Source: Verrucomicrobiales bacterium (GTDB lineage: Bacteria; Verrucomicrobiota; Verrucomicrobiia; Verrucomicrobiales; V1-33). From it: DNA of 64,000 bases. The position numbers and the translations under genes were made by a program. Numbering within the stretch: position 1 is the first letter of the stretch; each line of letters begins with the position of its first letter. The stretch is from the NCBI GenBank assembly GCA_031411295.1, contig JANOAV010000057.1, positions 4,379 to 68,378 of the forward strand. Direction: 5' to 3'. The notes beneath the pieces were generated by a model, which was given only the letters and a program-made list of their open reading frames with translations, had not been told where the DNA came from and did no database searches. This document shows positions 47,638-57,941 of this stretch, in pieces.

Positions 47638-49206
47638 CTACTTCGTTGCGACAGGCTTCGCGCCTTCGCCAAAGCAGTAGAGGTGCGTTTGGGTGCTGAC
47701 GAGCAACTTACCGTTGGCGGCCACACTGGAGCAGAGGATCGGGCTGGGGAAATCGATGAACGCCAACTTCTTCATTTCCTTGCCCGCAGCCAGGATCGTG
47801 AGTTCGCCTTCTTCGTTGCCAATGTAGATTTTGCCATCGGCCACCAACGTGCTGCCCCAGATGTGACCTTTGGTGTCGAAGGTCCAGTATTTCTTGCCGG
47901 TCTCAGCGTCCAAGCAATGCACCATGCCAGCGTATTCGGCAATGTAGAGCAGCCCGTCCTGAATGGAAACGGTGCTGATGCTGCGGCCGATATCCTTATA
48001 GGTCCAGATGGCTCCATCCTTGGTGATATCGCCCTTCTTGGTGGCATCAATGCAGCTCAACATGCCGACGCCTTCACCATGTTCCGGATCCTGACCGATG
48101 GCGACATAGACGCGGTTCTTGTAGATAACCGGAGTGGAAATGATTTCGCTAGGGCCTTCGGAGGTCGCGTATTTGCGTTTCTGCTCGCTTTGATCGAAAC
48201 GATACTCATGGGGGTTGGCATCATAGCGCCAATGTTCGTCCATGATCGCGATATCGTCATCTTTCTTGGAGCCTAGCCCGTAGCTGTAGCACCAGCCATC
48301 ACCTGCGGCAAAGATGACGCTGGGAGTGCCGCCGATTTCGCCATAGGCCGGGGACGACCAGGAGCAGTGCAGGATGCGGGTGCTGATCTTGCTGCCTTCT
48401 TCGGCAATGTAAGCACCGGTTTTCTTATCCAAGGAAATGAAGCTGGGAGCCTGCGTGTTGGGAATATTGGTGTGCGTCCAGTCCACGCCATTGGAAGTGG
48501 TCACGAAAATTTTGTCGCCCACAATGACCGGGCTGCTGCTGGTCATGTTATGGGGGAAGACGCCCAGTTCATCCCGCATGGAGTAGCGCCAGAGGACATC
48601 GGCATCCGTGGGCACCACTTCCGCCACGGGAGGTGGCGGGGAGTTGGGAGCCGGAGGAGGTGTGAAGTATTTGGCCTCGTCTTTAAAGCCGTCGTTGCCA
48701 TTGGCCAGACCATTCATGTCCAGCGCCACCACTTCACATTGATTGGTCACGATGTAGGCTTTGTCCCCTTCGATGCTGGCGGAAGCGCAGATGCCGAGCA
48801 ATTCCCAGTCGTTCACTTTGCCCGCCGCCAACTTAGGCACGGCCAGTTGCCAGAGAAATTTGCCGGTTTTCTCATCGAGGCACATCAAGATGCCGCGGTC
48901 ACCAATCTTGCCCTTGTCGCGTGGCGAATCGTTGTTGGTGCCAATGATAATCTTCCCGCCGCTGACAGTGGGCGTGCCATAGGTTTGCGAACCTAACTTC
49001 ACGACCCAGGCGCAGTTTTTCGTGGTCGCAAGATCGATGTCATCTGTGCCTTTGATTTTCTTCCCCGGAGAGAATTCCGCAGGCAAACCTTTCTCAGAGG
49101 AAACCATGTTCCGACCGGGCGTGCCGGACCACTGGGGCCAGTCGCCTGCGGAAGTGAGTGAAAGGGAAAGAGAGTAAAACGTGAGGAGGAGGGCGGGTGT
49201 TTTCAT
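47638..49206 (-). CDS. Secreted PQQ-like beta-propeller repeat protein
   Basis: Signal peptide then 'GDWPQWSGTPGRNMVS'. Recurrent 'G.vy.....g.l.cld..tGk..W' blades. Confidence 0.8.
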   Translation of the reverse strand: MKTPALLLTFYSLSLSLTSAGDWPQWSGTPGRNMVSSEKGLPAEFSPGKKIKGTDDIDLATTKNCAWVVKLGSQTYGTPTVSGGKIIIGTNNDSPRDKGKIGDRGILMCLDEKTGKFLWQLAVPKLAAGKVNDWELLGICASASIEGDKAYIVTNQCEVVALDMNGLANGNDGFKDEAKYFTPPPAPNSPPPPVAEVVPTDADVLWRYSMRDELGVFPHNMTSSSPVIVGDKIFVTTSNGVDWTHTNIPNTQAPSFISLDKKTGAYIAEEGSKISTRILHCSWSSPAYGEIGGTPSVIFAAGDGWCYSYGLGSKKDDDIAIMDEHWRYDANPHEYRFDQSEQKRKYATSEGPSEIISTPVIYKNRVYVAIGQDPEHGEGVGMLSCIDATKKGDITKDGAIWTYKDIGRSISTVSIQDGLLYIAEYAGMVHCLDAETGKKYWTFDTKGHIWGSTLVADGKIYIGNEEGELTILAAGKEMKKLAFIDFPSPILCSSVAANGKLLVSTQTHLYCFGEGAKPVATK

Positions 49207-49255
49207 TGGGAAATATTTTGAGATATGACTGATTGGTCAGATTTATCAGTTCAAA

Positions 49256-51547
49256 TTATTTGGCGTTGGGAGTTACAGAAATGTTGTCGATATAAACACG
49301 CTTCTGCACGTTCGGGCTGAAGCCGAAGACGCCCGGAGCGCCTTTAGTGTGGCCGTGCGGTTGTTTGGCTTCGATGGTCCATTCGGCGGGCTCCGGGGTG
49401 CCTTTCTCGAAGACCTTGGCGCGGACGGTGGCGGTGCCTTCGGCATCCAGGTCCACTTTGGTGGTCATGGTATACCATTGGTTAGACTTCACGGTGAAAG
49501 GCACATTGACGCGCAGGCGCTCCAGGTTGGAGGCGATTTCCACCGTGTTATCATTGCCCTTGATGGTGACTTGATAGCGTTGATTGATCAAGCCCACGTC
49601 GGACTTCATCCGGCGGTTGCCATCGGTCATGAGATCAGCGGAAACGGTGTAGTTGCTGAGCGTTTCCGGCCCGATGAAGGTGAAGGCGCGTTGGAAGAAC
49701 ATTTGATCCAGCGTCTTGGCCAGGACTTTATTTCCTTCCAGTTCACGCACTTCCCATTTGAAACGCGCGCCTAGCCATGGGAGCGGCGGATAGGCGAATT
49801 TGGTGCCGGTTTCGGTGAGGTGATCTTGATCCACTGCAAAGCCCTCGAAGTCTTGTTTGATCGGCAAATTCGTCGTCACGCGAGCGCGAATCGTGCCGGT
49901 GTGACCTTCCGCATCCGTGGCTTTGAAAGCACCGGCAGAAAGTTTAGCGGCCGGGCCAGCAGCGAGTTCACCCGCTTCGTTGAAGTCAGCATCGGCGGTA
50001 GCTTTGACCTTGGCGGTGGGCGGGATGAATTTCTCCCACTTCAGTTTGTCGGCTACCCCTAATCGCTCGCCATGCGCGTCGATTTTATAGACCGTAAATT
50101 TAGCGGACTGACCAGGGGCCAGCAGCACTTCACCCGGCACGGATTGCAGGCCGGTGGCTGGTCCAGGCGTGGGCTTCACCACGGCAGGAATCGGGTCCAT
50201 CGTAATGGCTCCGCTACCAATGCTGAAAGCGTAAGTGTGCTTGCGGGTATTCACATAAAGTTTCCCGTCGGCAATCGCTGGGGAACCTTCACCTTCACCA
50301 TCGAGCATGATTTTTTTGACGATTTCACCTTTAGCGGCATCCACCACGTAGAGCAGCGCTTCGTAGGAACCACCGGGGCCGGTGGCACCGCCTTTGAGCG
50401 GCACGTAAAGCATGCCGTTGGCGTAGGCGGGGGAGGAATGCAGATTGTCTTCGCTCAACTTCAGGTGCCAGAGTTCCTTGCCCGTCTTGGACTCGTAACC
50501 GTAGAGATTTCCGGTGCTCGTGAGTTGATACAATTTCCCACCTGTCACCACTGGTGAGCTGGACCAAGCCCCGACGGAGGCGCGCCAAGCTTCGGTGGTT
50601 GGGGGCAGGGGAGTGGCGTCAGTCTTGGTGGGGTCCTCTTGCTTGGGCGGAATGGCGGCAGGCAGCTTCAACGCTACTAACCGACCAGACTCAGAGGAAT
50701 CCAAATTCTCGTCATTGTGAATCCCGAAAAGCAGGTCGCCTTCCACCACGTTAGCGGCATTCACACCGTTCTTGCTCAGCAGGAAGCGCCAGAGTGGATC
50801 GCCCGTGCGGGCGTTGACGCAGACAATGTTGCCATCTCCGGTGCCGGCATAAAACACGCGGGTGTTCCAGCGGGTTTCAAAATAAGGCGTGGAGAAGGAA
50901 CCGTCGATGGGCCGCAAGCCCGGCTGCGAGCCCCAGACAAAGCCGCCGGTCTTTTTATCGAACGCATAGAAGCGATTCGCAGCAGGGCCGGCCGCTCCCC
51001 AGTTGGCGGAAATGCAGTTGATGATCACCAAGTCGCCATCCACTGCCGGACAGCCGGTGCGGCCATTTGGAAACGTTAGCCGGCCCGTGGTTTCCATGAG
51101 GGAATTCTCCCACACTAACTTGCCGTCGAGATCATAGGCCATCAGCACGCCCGTGGTTGTCATGAGGAAAATTTGCTTCGTCTCCGGATCATATCCGGGA
51201 CTGCCGATGCCGTAGCGGTCGTAAATGTTATCGCTTAGAAAGTCCCGGAACGTATGCTCCCAGATCACTTTACCGGTGGCTGAATCCACGCAAGCTAACA
51301 CTTCCATGAGATTTTCTTTCTCCCCGCGATAGCCAAACAAGAACACTTTCCCGCCGATCACGATGGGCGCGCCCTGGCCCGCCAGATCGATCTTCCAGAG
51401 CGGCTCCGGCTTGAATTCATTCTTCGCATAATGCTCCGGGGAGACCCCGCTCTGGAACGGCCCACGCCACGGGAACCAATCCCCAGCATGAGAAGTTAGC
51501 GGAAAGGCGGCAAGGCACAACGGAAGCAGGAACTGGGAGATTCGCAT
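49256..51547 (-). CDS. Secreted PQQ-like beta-propeller repeat protein with ~300-aa C-terminal extension
   Basis: ATG at 51547, 'GDWFPWRGPFQSGVS'. Blades such as 'LACVDSATGKVIWE' and 'GYESKTGKELWH'. Confidence 0.8.
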   Translation of the reverse strand: MRISQFLLPLCLAAFPLTSHAGDWFPWRGPFQSGVSPEHYAKNEFKPEPLWKIDLAGQGAPIVIGGKVFLFGYRGEKENLMEVLACVDSATGKVIWEHTFRDFLSDNIYDRYGIGSPGYDPETKQIFLMTTTGVLMAYDLDGKLVWENSLMETTGRLTFPNGRTGCPAVDGDLVIINCISANWGAAGPAANRFYAFDKKTGGFVWGSQPGLRPIDGSFSTPYFETRWNTRVFYAGTGDGNIVCVNARTGDPLWRFLLSKNGVNAANVVEGDLLFGIHNDENLDSSESGRLVALKLPAAIPPKQEDPTKTDATPLPPTTEAWRASVGAWSSSPVVTGGKLYQLTSTGNLYGYESKTGKELWHLKLSEDNLHSSPAYANGMLYVPLKGGATGPGGSYEALLYVVDAAKGEIVKKIMLDGEGEGSPAIADGKLYVNTRKHTYAFSIGSGAITMDPIPAVVKPTPGPATGLQSVPGEVLLAPGQSAKFTVYKIDAHGERLGVADKLKWEKFIPPTAKVKATADADFNEAGELAAGPAAKLSAGAFKATDAEGHTGTIRARVTTNLPIKQDFEGFAVDQDHLTETGTKFAYPPLPWLGARFKWEVRELEGNKVLAKTLDQMFFQRAFTFIGPETLSNYTVSADLMTDGNRRMKSDVGLINQRYQVTIKGNDNTVEIASNLERLRVNVPFTVKSNQWYTMTTKVDLDAEGTATVRAKVFEKGTPEPAEWTIEAKQPHGHTKGAPGVFGFSPNVQKRVYIDNISVTPNAK

Positions 51548-51730
51548 GAAGTTTGAAATAAGGGTAAATACCAACGAACACCTGCACGCGGCACCTCCGA
51601 AGTCAACCGCCCGCCATGCTACGCAGAAACGTTGAGTTGAAGTGACATTGGTGTCATGCAGGAGCGAATGAGCGCTGCTGGTCGCCTGCTTGCTGAATCC
51701 TCTCTCGCGACATGAATCCAGTCCGCCGCA

Positions 51731-54217
51731 TTAGGGTTGCTGCCACGCATAGAGTTGCATGTAGGTTTTACCCTTGCCTACGGCCGTGAATGGCGAGGCT
51801 TGAGTTTCTCCCCCTAACCAGTCTGCGATTTTGGCATCATGAACCAACGTGAAGCCCTGGCTACGGAGGCCAGCCAAGACGGCCAAGGCCTGGTCCGTGT
51901 TCGCTTGATTGAGATGCAGCTCGGCCAGGATGGCCTTCACGCGTCGAATGGCACCCGTTTCCAGGAGGCGCTCCAGGCAGGTAAACTCAGCGCCTTCGAT
52001 GTCGAGTTTCAACAGATCCACGCCATCTCCAATCGCTTGGGCGATGTCTGTCGTGGGGACTAGAAGGGTCCCCTCTGGGCTGAGCTGGCCGCGGTCATCC
52101 GCCACGCCCGAGAAGTTCAGCGTGCCCTCGGAATGCCAGAGGGCGTCGGGTAGGACCTGCACATCCTGCACGCCGGCCTGCGCCAAATTTGCTTTGATCA
52201 GGGTTACCAGCCGGGGGTCTGGCTCATAGACCCTAATCTCCGCATCCGGAAACGTTTGGCGAAACCATAGCGCGGAGAGACCGACGTTGCCTCCGCCATC
52301 AATGATGCGGCGGACGGGTTCCTGCGGTTGGAAACCATAGTTATCGTTGAGGTAAATATCTTCGATCTGCGGAGGCACGGTGGCCATGACTTCGGCTTGC
52401 ACCACTCCCCAGGGGAAACGCCACTGATGAATCGCAGCGCTATTTTGCAGTGCGCTGCGCAACGCTTTCACGTCCTGTTTGACCAAAGATTTCCAAGCTG
52501 GCGAGCCCCACTCCGGACCTGATGGTTCCGGCTTTTCGGGCGGGAGCACTGCGTCGCTTGGTTTGGCAGGCACGATCTGGGCGGGCGGAGCTCCAACGGG
52601 ATGCGATTGGGTCGTCAACGGTCGTCCCCCCAACGTTTCGAGGCGTGTCGCCAGGGCGGCGGCATAGTCTGCCGTGCGGAAACGTTGGCGGATCAATCCC
52701 GGGCCCTCTGTGGCCACCCGAGCCCGCAGAGCCCGGTCCCCCAGAATGCGTTCGATGGCTAACCGGGATGCTTCCATGTCCATGGAGGGGACAACGGCTC
52801 CGAAGCCAGTTTCCTGAATCAGGCTGGAGGTGCCCTGCCCGCGGTCGAAACCGAGCACGGGCCGCCCCAGTGCCATGGCTTCCAGCACCACGCTGGGGAA
52901 GGGATCGAGGCGCGAGCACATCATCACCAGGCTGGCGGTGGCATAGGCCTCCGTTGGATCCTCCATTTCCCCCACGTGATGGAAACGATCGGCCACACCA
53001 TTGGCTTCCAGTGAGTGCATCCCGTGGAAATAGAGAGGCTGGTCATAAATTTTCCCTAACCACACGAAATGGGTGTTGGCGGCACGCGGTGAATAGCGAG
53101 AGAAGTGGATGGCAAAAGAGGTAAACCAATCGAATCCCTTGCGGGTATCCACGGTGCCACAAGCCAGCACCACCTCCGCATCGGGCGGGAGCTTAAGATG
53201 AGCCCGGCCCGCTGCACCATCACTTTTGGTCTTGCCCGCAGCATCCCCAGCCTCGACCATGTAGGCCCCCTGCGGGAGGATGCTTGTGAGCTTGCCGTGA
53301 TTAGCCGCAGCGGCGGCATAGTGGCCCCTAACTTCCTCGCAAGGGAAGATAATTTCTGAGCAGGCGGCCATCATCGGCTCCACCAAGGCGGGGCCAAAAG
53401 CATGCGGAAATTCATGCACCAAAGCGATGACCTTGAAGCCGCTGCTTTGCAAGGCCTTGGCCAGCGGAGCGGTGCACAGGGAATTCACCAGTGCCGCCGG
53501 ATGCGCATTCGCAAACAGGGCGGTCAGGAGTTTGGTGGCAGTTTTCGGCTCTCCAGTTAGTAACGCATCCATTCCTGTCACCACGGGACCGAGTCGGGCA
53601 AATTCCGCCGTGAGTGGTCCGGCGGGCCCAAGACACAAAGTCATGATTTGGCACTGTTTGGCGGAGGCAAACTCTCGGGCTATCGAAAGGGCGATCAAAG
53701 GTGCTCCAGAACGCTGGAGTTCGTGAATTCCCAGAACCATGACCTTACGCCCAGGCTCCATCACCCTAATGGCCTCCTGCAGTGTATCCATCCCCAGATG
53801 GCTGCTTAGGTCGGCCTGGCCGATCAGTTTCAATAACTTGCGTTTCGCCAACGTGCGTCCCCCTTTGGGAAAATCAATCGCAGGCTCCAACAGGCGGAAC
53901 GAAAATGGAATCTCAATCTCTGGATAGTGCAACCAAACCATGGGCACCGGAAAAGCGAAGCCGCACTGCGGCGGAAGGCCTTCGTGGGCACAAGGAAGAT
54001 TGGCTTGGGTAGTGCCGATGATGGCCCCATCTCCGTCCAGCAGAGCCACGGTTAGGGGAATCTCAGGGCTGCCCTCATAATAAGCTGCGCCCCGCAGATA
54101 CATTCCTTCCAAGCCGAAGAACCGCCGCACGACGGTTCCTTTGCCAGAGCGTTTCTTGAAATTAAGTAATCGTGAGAGCATACAAGGGTTACTCATGAGC
54201 CGTGCTGAGAGAATCAA
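51731..54217 (-). CDS. Fusion protein: GT4 glycosyltransferase plus C-terminal FkbM-family methyltransferase
   Basis: GT4 core 'FPSVVLEAMALGRPVLGFDRGQGTSSLIQETGFG'. A Pro-rich linker follows. FkbM-like 'IIDGGGNVGLSALWF' and 'LKLDIEGAEFTCL'. Confidence 0.8.
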   Translation of the reverse strand: MILSARLMSNPCMLSRLLNFKKRSGKGTVVRRFFGLEGMYLRGAAYYEGSPEIPLTVALLDGDGAIIGTTQANLPCAHEGLPPQCGFAFPVPMVWLHYPEIEIPFSFRLLEPAIDFPKGGRTLAKRKLLKLIGQADLSSHLGMDTLQEAIRVMEPGRKVMVLGIHELQRSGAPLIALSIAREFASAKQCQIMTLCLGPAGPLTAEFARLGPVVTGMDALLTGEPKTATKLLTALFANAHPAALVNSLCTAPLAKALQSSGFKVIALVHEFPHAFGPALVEPMMAACSEIIFPCEEVRGHYAAAAANHGKLTSILPQGAYMVEAGDAAGKTKSDGAAGRAHLKLPPDAEVVLACGTVDTRKGFDWFTSFAIHFSRYSPRAANTHFVWLGKIYDQPLYFHGMHSLEANGVADRFHHVGEMEDPTEAYATASLVMMCSRLDPFPSVVLEAMALGRPVLGFDRGQGTSSLIQETGFGAVVPSMDMEASRLAIERILGDRALRARVATEGPGLIRQRFRTADYAAALATRLETLGGRPLTTQSHPVGAPPAQIVPAKPSDAVLPPEKPEPSGPEWGSPAWKSLVKQDVKALRSALQNSAAIHQWRFPWGVVQAEVMATVPPQIEDIYLNDNYGFQPQEPVRRIIDGGGNVGLSALWFRQTFPDAEIRVYEPDPRLVTLIKANLAQAGVQDVQVLPDALWHSEGTLNFSGVADDRGQLSPEGTLLVPTTDIAQAIGDGVDLLKLDIEGAEFTCLERLLETGAIRRVKAILAELHLNQANTDQALAVLAGLRSQGFTLVHDAKIADWLGGETQASPFTAVGKGKTYMQLYAWQQP

Positions 54218-54280
54218 GCAAGGCTAATTTTCCCCGTAGTGGAAACCAAAGGAAGCAGCAGCCATGCACCGCTGTAGGCA

Positions 54281-56374
54281 CTACAAACCGGGGCCGCTCC
54301 GCCAAGGCTGCTCCGTCTGCGGTTCACCGAGGTGCGGGTAGCCGTCGTCCAGTCTAAGTTGAGGATTGAAGAAAGGATCCACTAATAAAGTCTGCCCCCA
54401 CTGCGCATGCAGCCAAGCTGCCGCATCTTTGCCGAGAGGAACTGAGCGGGTTTCCTTCTGTGTTAGGGAGGCCACGGGAGTGCAAAGATTGCGAAATCCT
54501 GCCGCCCGAAGCCGCAGGCAGAGGTCCAAATCCGCGCCTTGATCCGTCAGTGCGTTGGCCTCGAAGCTGCCAACGGCGGCAAACGTCTGGCGTCGCACGG
54601 CCAAGCAGTCGCCACTCACCGCAGCCACCTCCCGCACGTGATCAGGCCTGCCCCAAAGCGTGCGGGCGGAGGGATGGGCTCCTCGAAAGAGCTGTGTCGC
54701 CAGGCCTGCCCCTCCCAGGACTATTCCCGCTTCAGCCACCAAGCCATTGGCCGCCAACCAGCGCGGCCCTACGGCACCAACCTCAGGCCGGGCGGCTTGG
54801 CTGACCAATTCGCGGAGCCAGCCGGCTGCGGGAGGCACGAGGTGATCGGTAAGAAATACGAGGTAGTCCGCCTCGGATTGCGCTGCGGCCCAGTTCTTGG
54901 CTGCTGCTGGATTCATGCCTGCAGGAGTCTGAAGTTGGCGCTGCCGAGGATGTGGCGCCAGAGGTCTGGCGCAATCAAGGATAAGGATCAGGCACGGCGG
55001 ATCTTGCGGGAGCGCCAGTTCCAGGAGGACTTGGATCAAGCTGTCCAGGTCCCCATCATCAGCAGAGGCCCGGATAATAATACTGATGCTGGGAGGAGGA
55101 TCCGGGAGTGGCCAGTGCACCAGTTTAAGGCGGCCCAAACTCGGCACCACGGTTACTGCGGCACCTCTGGGGCCGAGGAAGTCTTGGAGCGATTTCAGAC
55201 CAGCCGTGGTGGCATAGGGCTTGGCGGTCAGACTGGAGCTGACGGAGCTGGCGAGGATGCGCCAATGATAGATCATCCGTGGGATCAGGCGAATCTGTTG
55301 AGGTTCAAGTTGGTCCGCTACGCGCAACGCCAAATCCCAATCCTGGCTTCCCTCCCTTCCCAGTCGGAAGCCACCCACCGCGCGCAGTAAGGCGGTGCGG
55401 TAAGTGCCGAAGTGGCTGACGCTGTTTTCCTGCAGCATCATTTCGAGGTTCCAGCCGGTTTTGAAAAATGGGTCGCTGCGCCTGCCATGATCGTCTATTT
55501 TATCTTCGTTAGTGAAAATAATGCCCACATCGGGATGCTGGAGAATTTCCCAGGCCAGGAAGTAGAGTGCGGTCGGGGGAAGATCGTCGTCGTTATCATA
55601 CAACGCGGTGAACTCCCCGGTGCAAAGCTCCAAAGCAGTATTGGAGGCGGCACTGATGTGCCCATTCTGCGGGCGGAATGCCACCTTGATGCGTGGGTCC
55701 ATGGCGGCATAACGCTGAAGCACCCGGATTACCTTGGGGTCAGTGGAGGCATCGTCCGCAATGCAGAGTTCCCAATGAGGATAGGTTTGTTCCAGCACGG
55801 CTTGGATCGCACGTTCCAGCCAGCGGGGCGGAGGATTGTAAACTGGCATGAGGACGGAGATCAACGGATGTGACGGCCAGGTCCGCACATGCTCCCGGAG
55901 CAGCGGCAACTCGCTGGCTGGTATGTCGGTCTGTTCACACCAAATTTGATAGGGAGTCGGCGGGCTTTGCGATTTGCGCCAGGGACGCAGCCATTTCCAA
56001 AACGGTGAGAGGTAGCAATGCAGGACGGCAACTGAGTGCCATTTCCCCTGCGCATCTTTGTATTCCAAGGTGAGGAGGTTCCAGCAAAGGTCCAGCTCCA
56101 GCAGGATGAGGAAGCCACTGAGCAGACTGTCGGGATGATCAGGATATTGTTGGTGGACCTCCGGACGCTCGCGCTTGCGGCGGGCGGTAACGCAATTGGT
56201 GCCCCGGCGTAGCCGCAGTCCATAAATGGGCTCGTTCTGGGGGGCCAAGAACCAACCCTGCACTTCGCAGGCTGGTTCCAGGGCCTCCACGACCAGATCC
56301 GCTTTGCGACGCGTGGCTGCGGCAGCGCTGGGCAGGAGCGAGGGGGTCACTGCAAGGTCGAAATGTGCAAGCAT
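54281..56374 (-). CDS. Glycosyltransferase family 2 protein (apparently two GT-A modules)
   Basis: 'ISVLMPVYNPPPRWLERAIQAVLEQTYPHWELCIADDASTD' and 'ALYDNDDDL'. A second GT-A-like half ends in 'GADLDLCLRLRAAG'. Confidence 0.85.
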   Translation of the reverse strand: MLAHFDLAVTPSLLPSAAAATRRKADLVVEALEPACEVQGWFLAPQNEPIYGLRLRRGTNCVTARRKRERPEVHQQYPDHPDSLLSGFLILLELDLCWNLLTLEYKDAQGKWHSVAVLHCYLSPFWKWLRPWRKSQSPPTPYQIWCEQTDIPASELPLLREHVRTWPSHPLISVLMPVYNPPPRWLERAIQAVLEQTYPHWELCIADDASTDPKVIRVLQRYAAMDPRIKVAFRPQNGHISAASNTALELCTGEFTALYDNDDDLPPTALYFLAWEILQHPDVGIIFTNEDKIDDHGRRSDPFFKTGWNLEMMLQENSVSHFGTYRTALLRAVGGFRLGREGSQDWDLALRVADQLEPQQIRLIPRMIYHWRILASSVSSSLTAKPYATTAGLKSLQDFLGPRGAAVTVVPSLGRLKLVHWPLPDPPPSISIIIRASADDGDLDSLIQVLLELALPQDPPCLILILDCARPLAPHPRQRQLQTPAGMNPAAAKNWAAAQSEADYLVFLTDHLVPPAAGWLRELVSQAARPEVGAVGPRWLAANGLVAEAGIVLGGAGLATQLFRGAHPSARTLWGRPDHVREVAAVSGDCLAVRRQTFAAVGSFEANALTDQGADLDLCLRLRAAGFRNLCTPVASLTQKETRSVPLGKDAAAWLHAQWGQTLLVDPFFNPQLRLDDGYPHLGEPQTEQPWRSGPGL

Positions 56375-56388
56375 CGGGCGGAGAAGAG

Positions 56389-57459
56389 TTACTTTTCTGG
56401 AGGCAGGGGTGTTTGCAGAAGTTGCTGGAGCACTTGTGCCAGCAGCATCTGATCTTCGGAAAATGGATTGTAGGTTACTTTTCCCACATGAAATGCGAAT
56501 GGCCGGCCCTGGTGCAAGAACTGCTCCCAGCGCTGCTGCACTGGCTCGGGAATGAAAGGGAAAGGCGTGGTGAGCCAGTAATGCCTGCGTTTAGGATAGG
56601 CCGTCAGCGCCTGCGGAATCGCCCAGTGGCAAAGTCTAAAAAGCAGGGGAATCTTCCGGGCATAATAAATGGCGGTGTAGCCATACTTAACGGTTCGGTG
56701 ATAGCGTTCATAGATGTGGTGGCCAATGTCGCGTCTGGGGTCCCAAGACCACTTGCGGCAGGTTAATCTCCACGCTGTCAGCAGTGAGCCCCACCCCAGC
56801 TGGCTCACCAATTGGAGGATCCGTGGCCAGAGTTTTGGGGTAGCTTGGCAGATCTCTCTAACTTGCTGATGATACTGCTGTTGCCGGTCAACGCTACGGC
56901 TCACTGGTGGCGTGAAGTCTAAATCGAATCGATGCTGCTGATGCAGGGCTCGACGATTGATAAAAAGGCAGATTCCGGTGGGGAAGTAATGGTAGGTGCG
57001 CCCGAAGACGTTGAAGGCCCCAAGGCGTTCGGGGTGATACGGTGTGCCCCAGAACATCAAGGATTCTTTTTTCATCAATGCGGGCACTTTTTGGAGCCAG
57101 CGGGGCAGGACGATGAAGCAGTCAGGATCGATGATCAGCAGGTGTTGGGTGGTGGCATAAGCCACGGCAATGTTCAGTGCCTTGGCGTGGTGCAGCGAGC
57201 CATAGGCTACAGTGTTGCGTTCGGTGGAAAGAGCCAGCGGACCGGGAATGACGTAGAAATCCGGGTCGTCCTCCTGTAATTCTTCGGCGCGTTCCGGCTC
57301 GGGAGTGTTCTGCACCACCAACCAATAAATGGGGGTGTCCGGGTTCAGATGCCGCATCAGCGCCAAGTTCTGGCGCAGCAATGCCGTCGAACGAAAGCAG
57401 ACGGAAACGATGGTTAGGCCCATGGCGGGCGCGGCTTGGAAGTATTGCTGGAGGGTCAT
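56389..57459 (-). CDS. Hypothetical protein, possibly a GT-A-fold glycosyltransferase
   Basis: 'LTIVSVCFRSTALLRQNL' and DxD-like 'LLIIDPDCF'. It overlaps the next gene by 4 nt within the glycan cluster. Weak call. Confidence 0.55.
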   Translation of the reverse strand: MTLQQYFQAAPAMGLTIVSVCFRSTALLRQNLALMRHLNPDTPIYWLVVQNTPEPERAEELQEDDPDFYVIPGPLALSTERNTVAYGSLHHAKALNIAVAYATTQHLLIIDPDCFIVLPRWLQKVPALMKKESLMFWGTPYHPERLGAFNVFGRTYHYFPTGICLFINRRALHQQHRFDLDFTPPVSRSVDRQQQYHQQVREICQATPKLWPRILQLVSQLGWGSLLTAWRLTCRKWSWDPRRDIGHHIYERYHRTVKYGYTAIYYARKIPLLFRLCHWAIPQALTAYPKRRHYWLTTPFPFIPEPVQQRWEQFLHQGRPFAFHVGKVTYNPFSEDQMLLAQVLQQLLQTPLPPEK

Positions 57460-57941
57460 CGGCGGGGCTCCGTCAAGTTCAGTTCATAGCGCAGCAGGCC
57501 GGGGCTCTCCTCGCCACACGCGGTGTAGCCAAGCTTGGTGTGGAGGGCCAGGGAGTTGCTGTTGTCCGCCCGGATGGTGGCGATTAATTTAGGTGCGACC
57601 CCTGGAGGCGGGGATTGCTCGGTTAGGAAACGCAACATGGTTCCGCCCAGGCCCTGCTGGCGAAAGGCTGGAGCCACGCAGACGGTGAGCAGGGCACCGG
57701 CAGGTTCATAGGCTAAGGCCGCATAGGCACAGGGCACGCCGGTGGCATCCCGCGCCAGCCAGACGCGGTAGTTTTTATTGCCAGGAGCAGAGTAGTTCCG
57801 TTTCCACCAGCGGGCTTGGGCCAGTGGACTGATATAGCCGCTGTGGTTCGTGAGCCAAGCCCGACAATCATTACGGATGGCAGCCACGGCCAGCGCATCA
57901 GCCAGTGAATTGAGAGCAGTGATGTTCAGGGATGACTTCAT
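57456..57941 (-). CDS. GNAT-family N-acetyltransferase
   Basis: The ATG at 57941 overlaps the aminotransferase stop (ATGA). Motif A is 'VCVAPAFRQQGLGGTMLRFL'. Confidence 0.75.
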   Translation of the reverse strand: MKSSLNITALNSLADALAVAAIRNDCRAWLTNHSGYISPLAQARWWKRNYSAPGNKNYRVWLARDATGVPCAYAALAYEPAGALLTVCVAPAFRQQGLGGTMLRFLTEQSPPPGVAPKLIATIRADNSNSLALHTKLGYTACGEESPGLLRYELNLTEPRR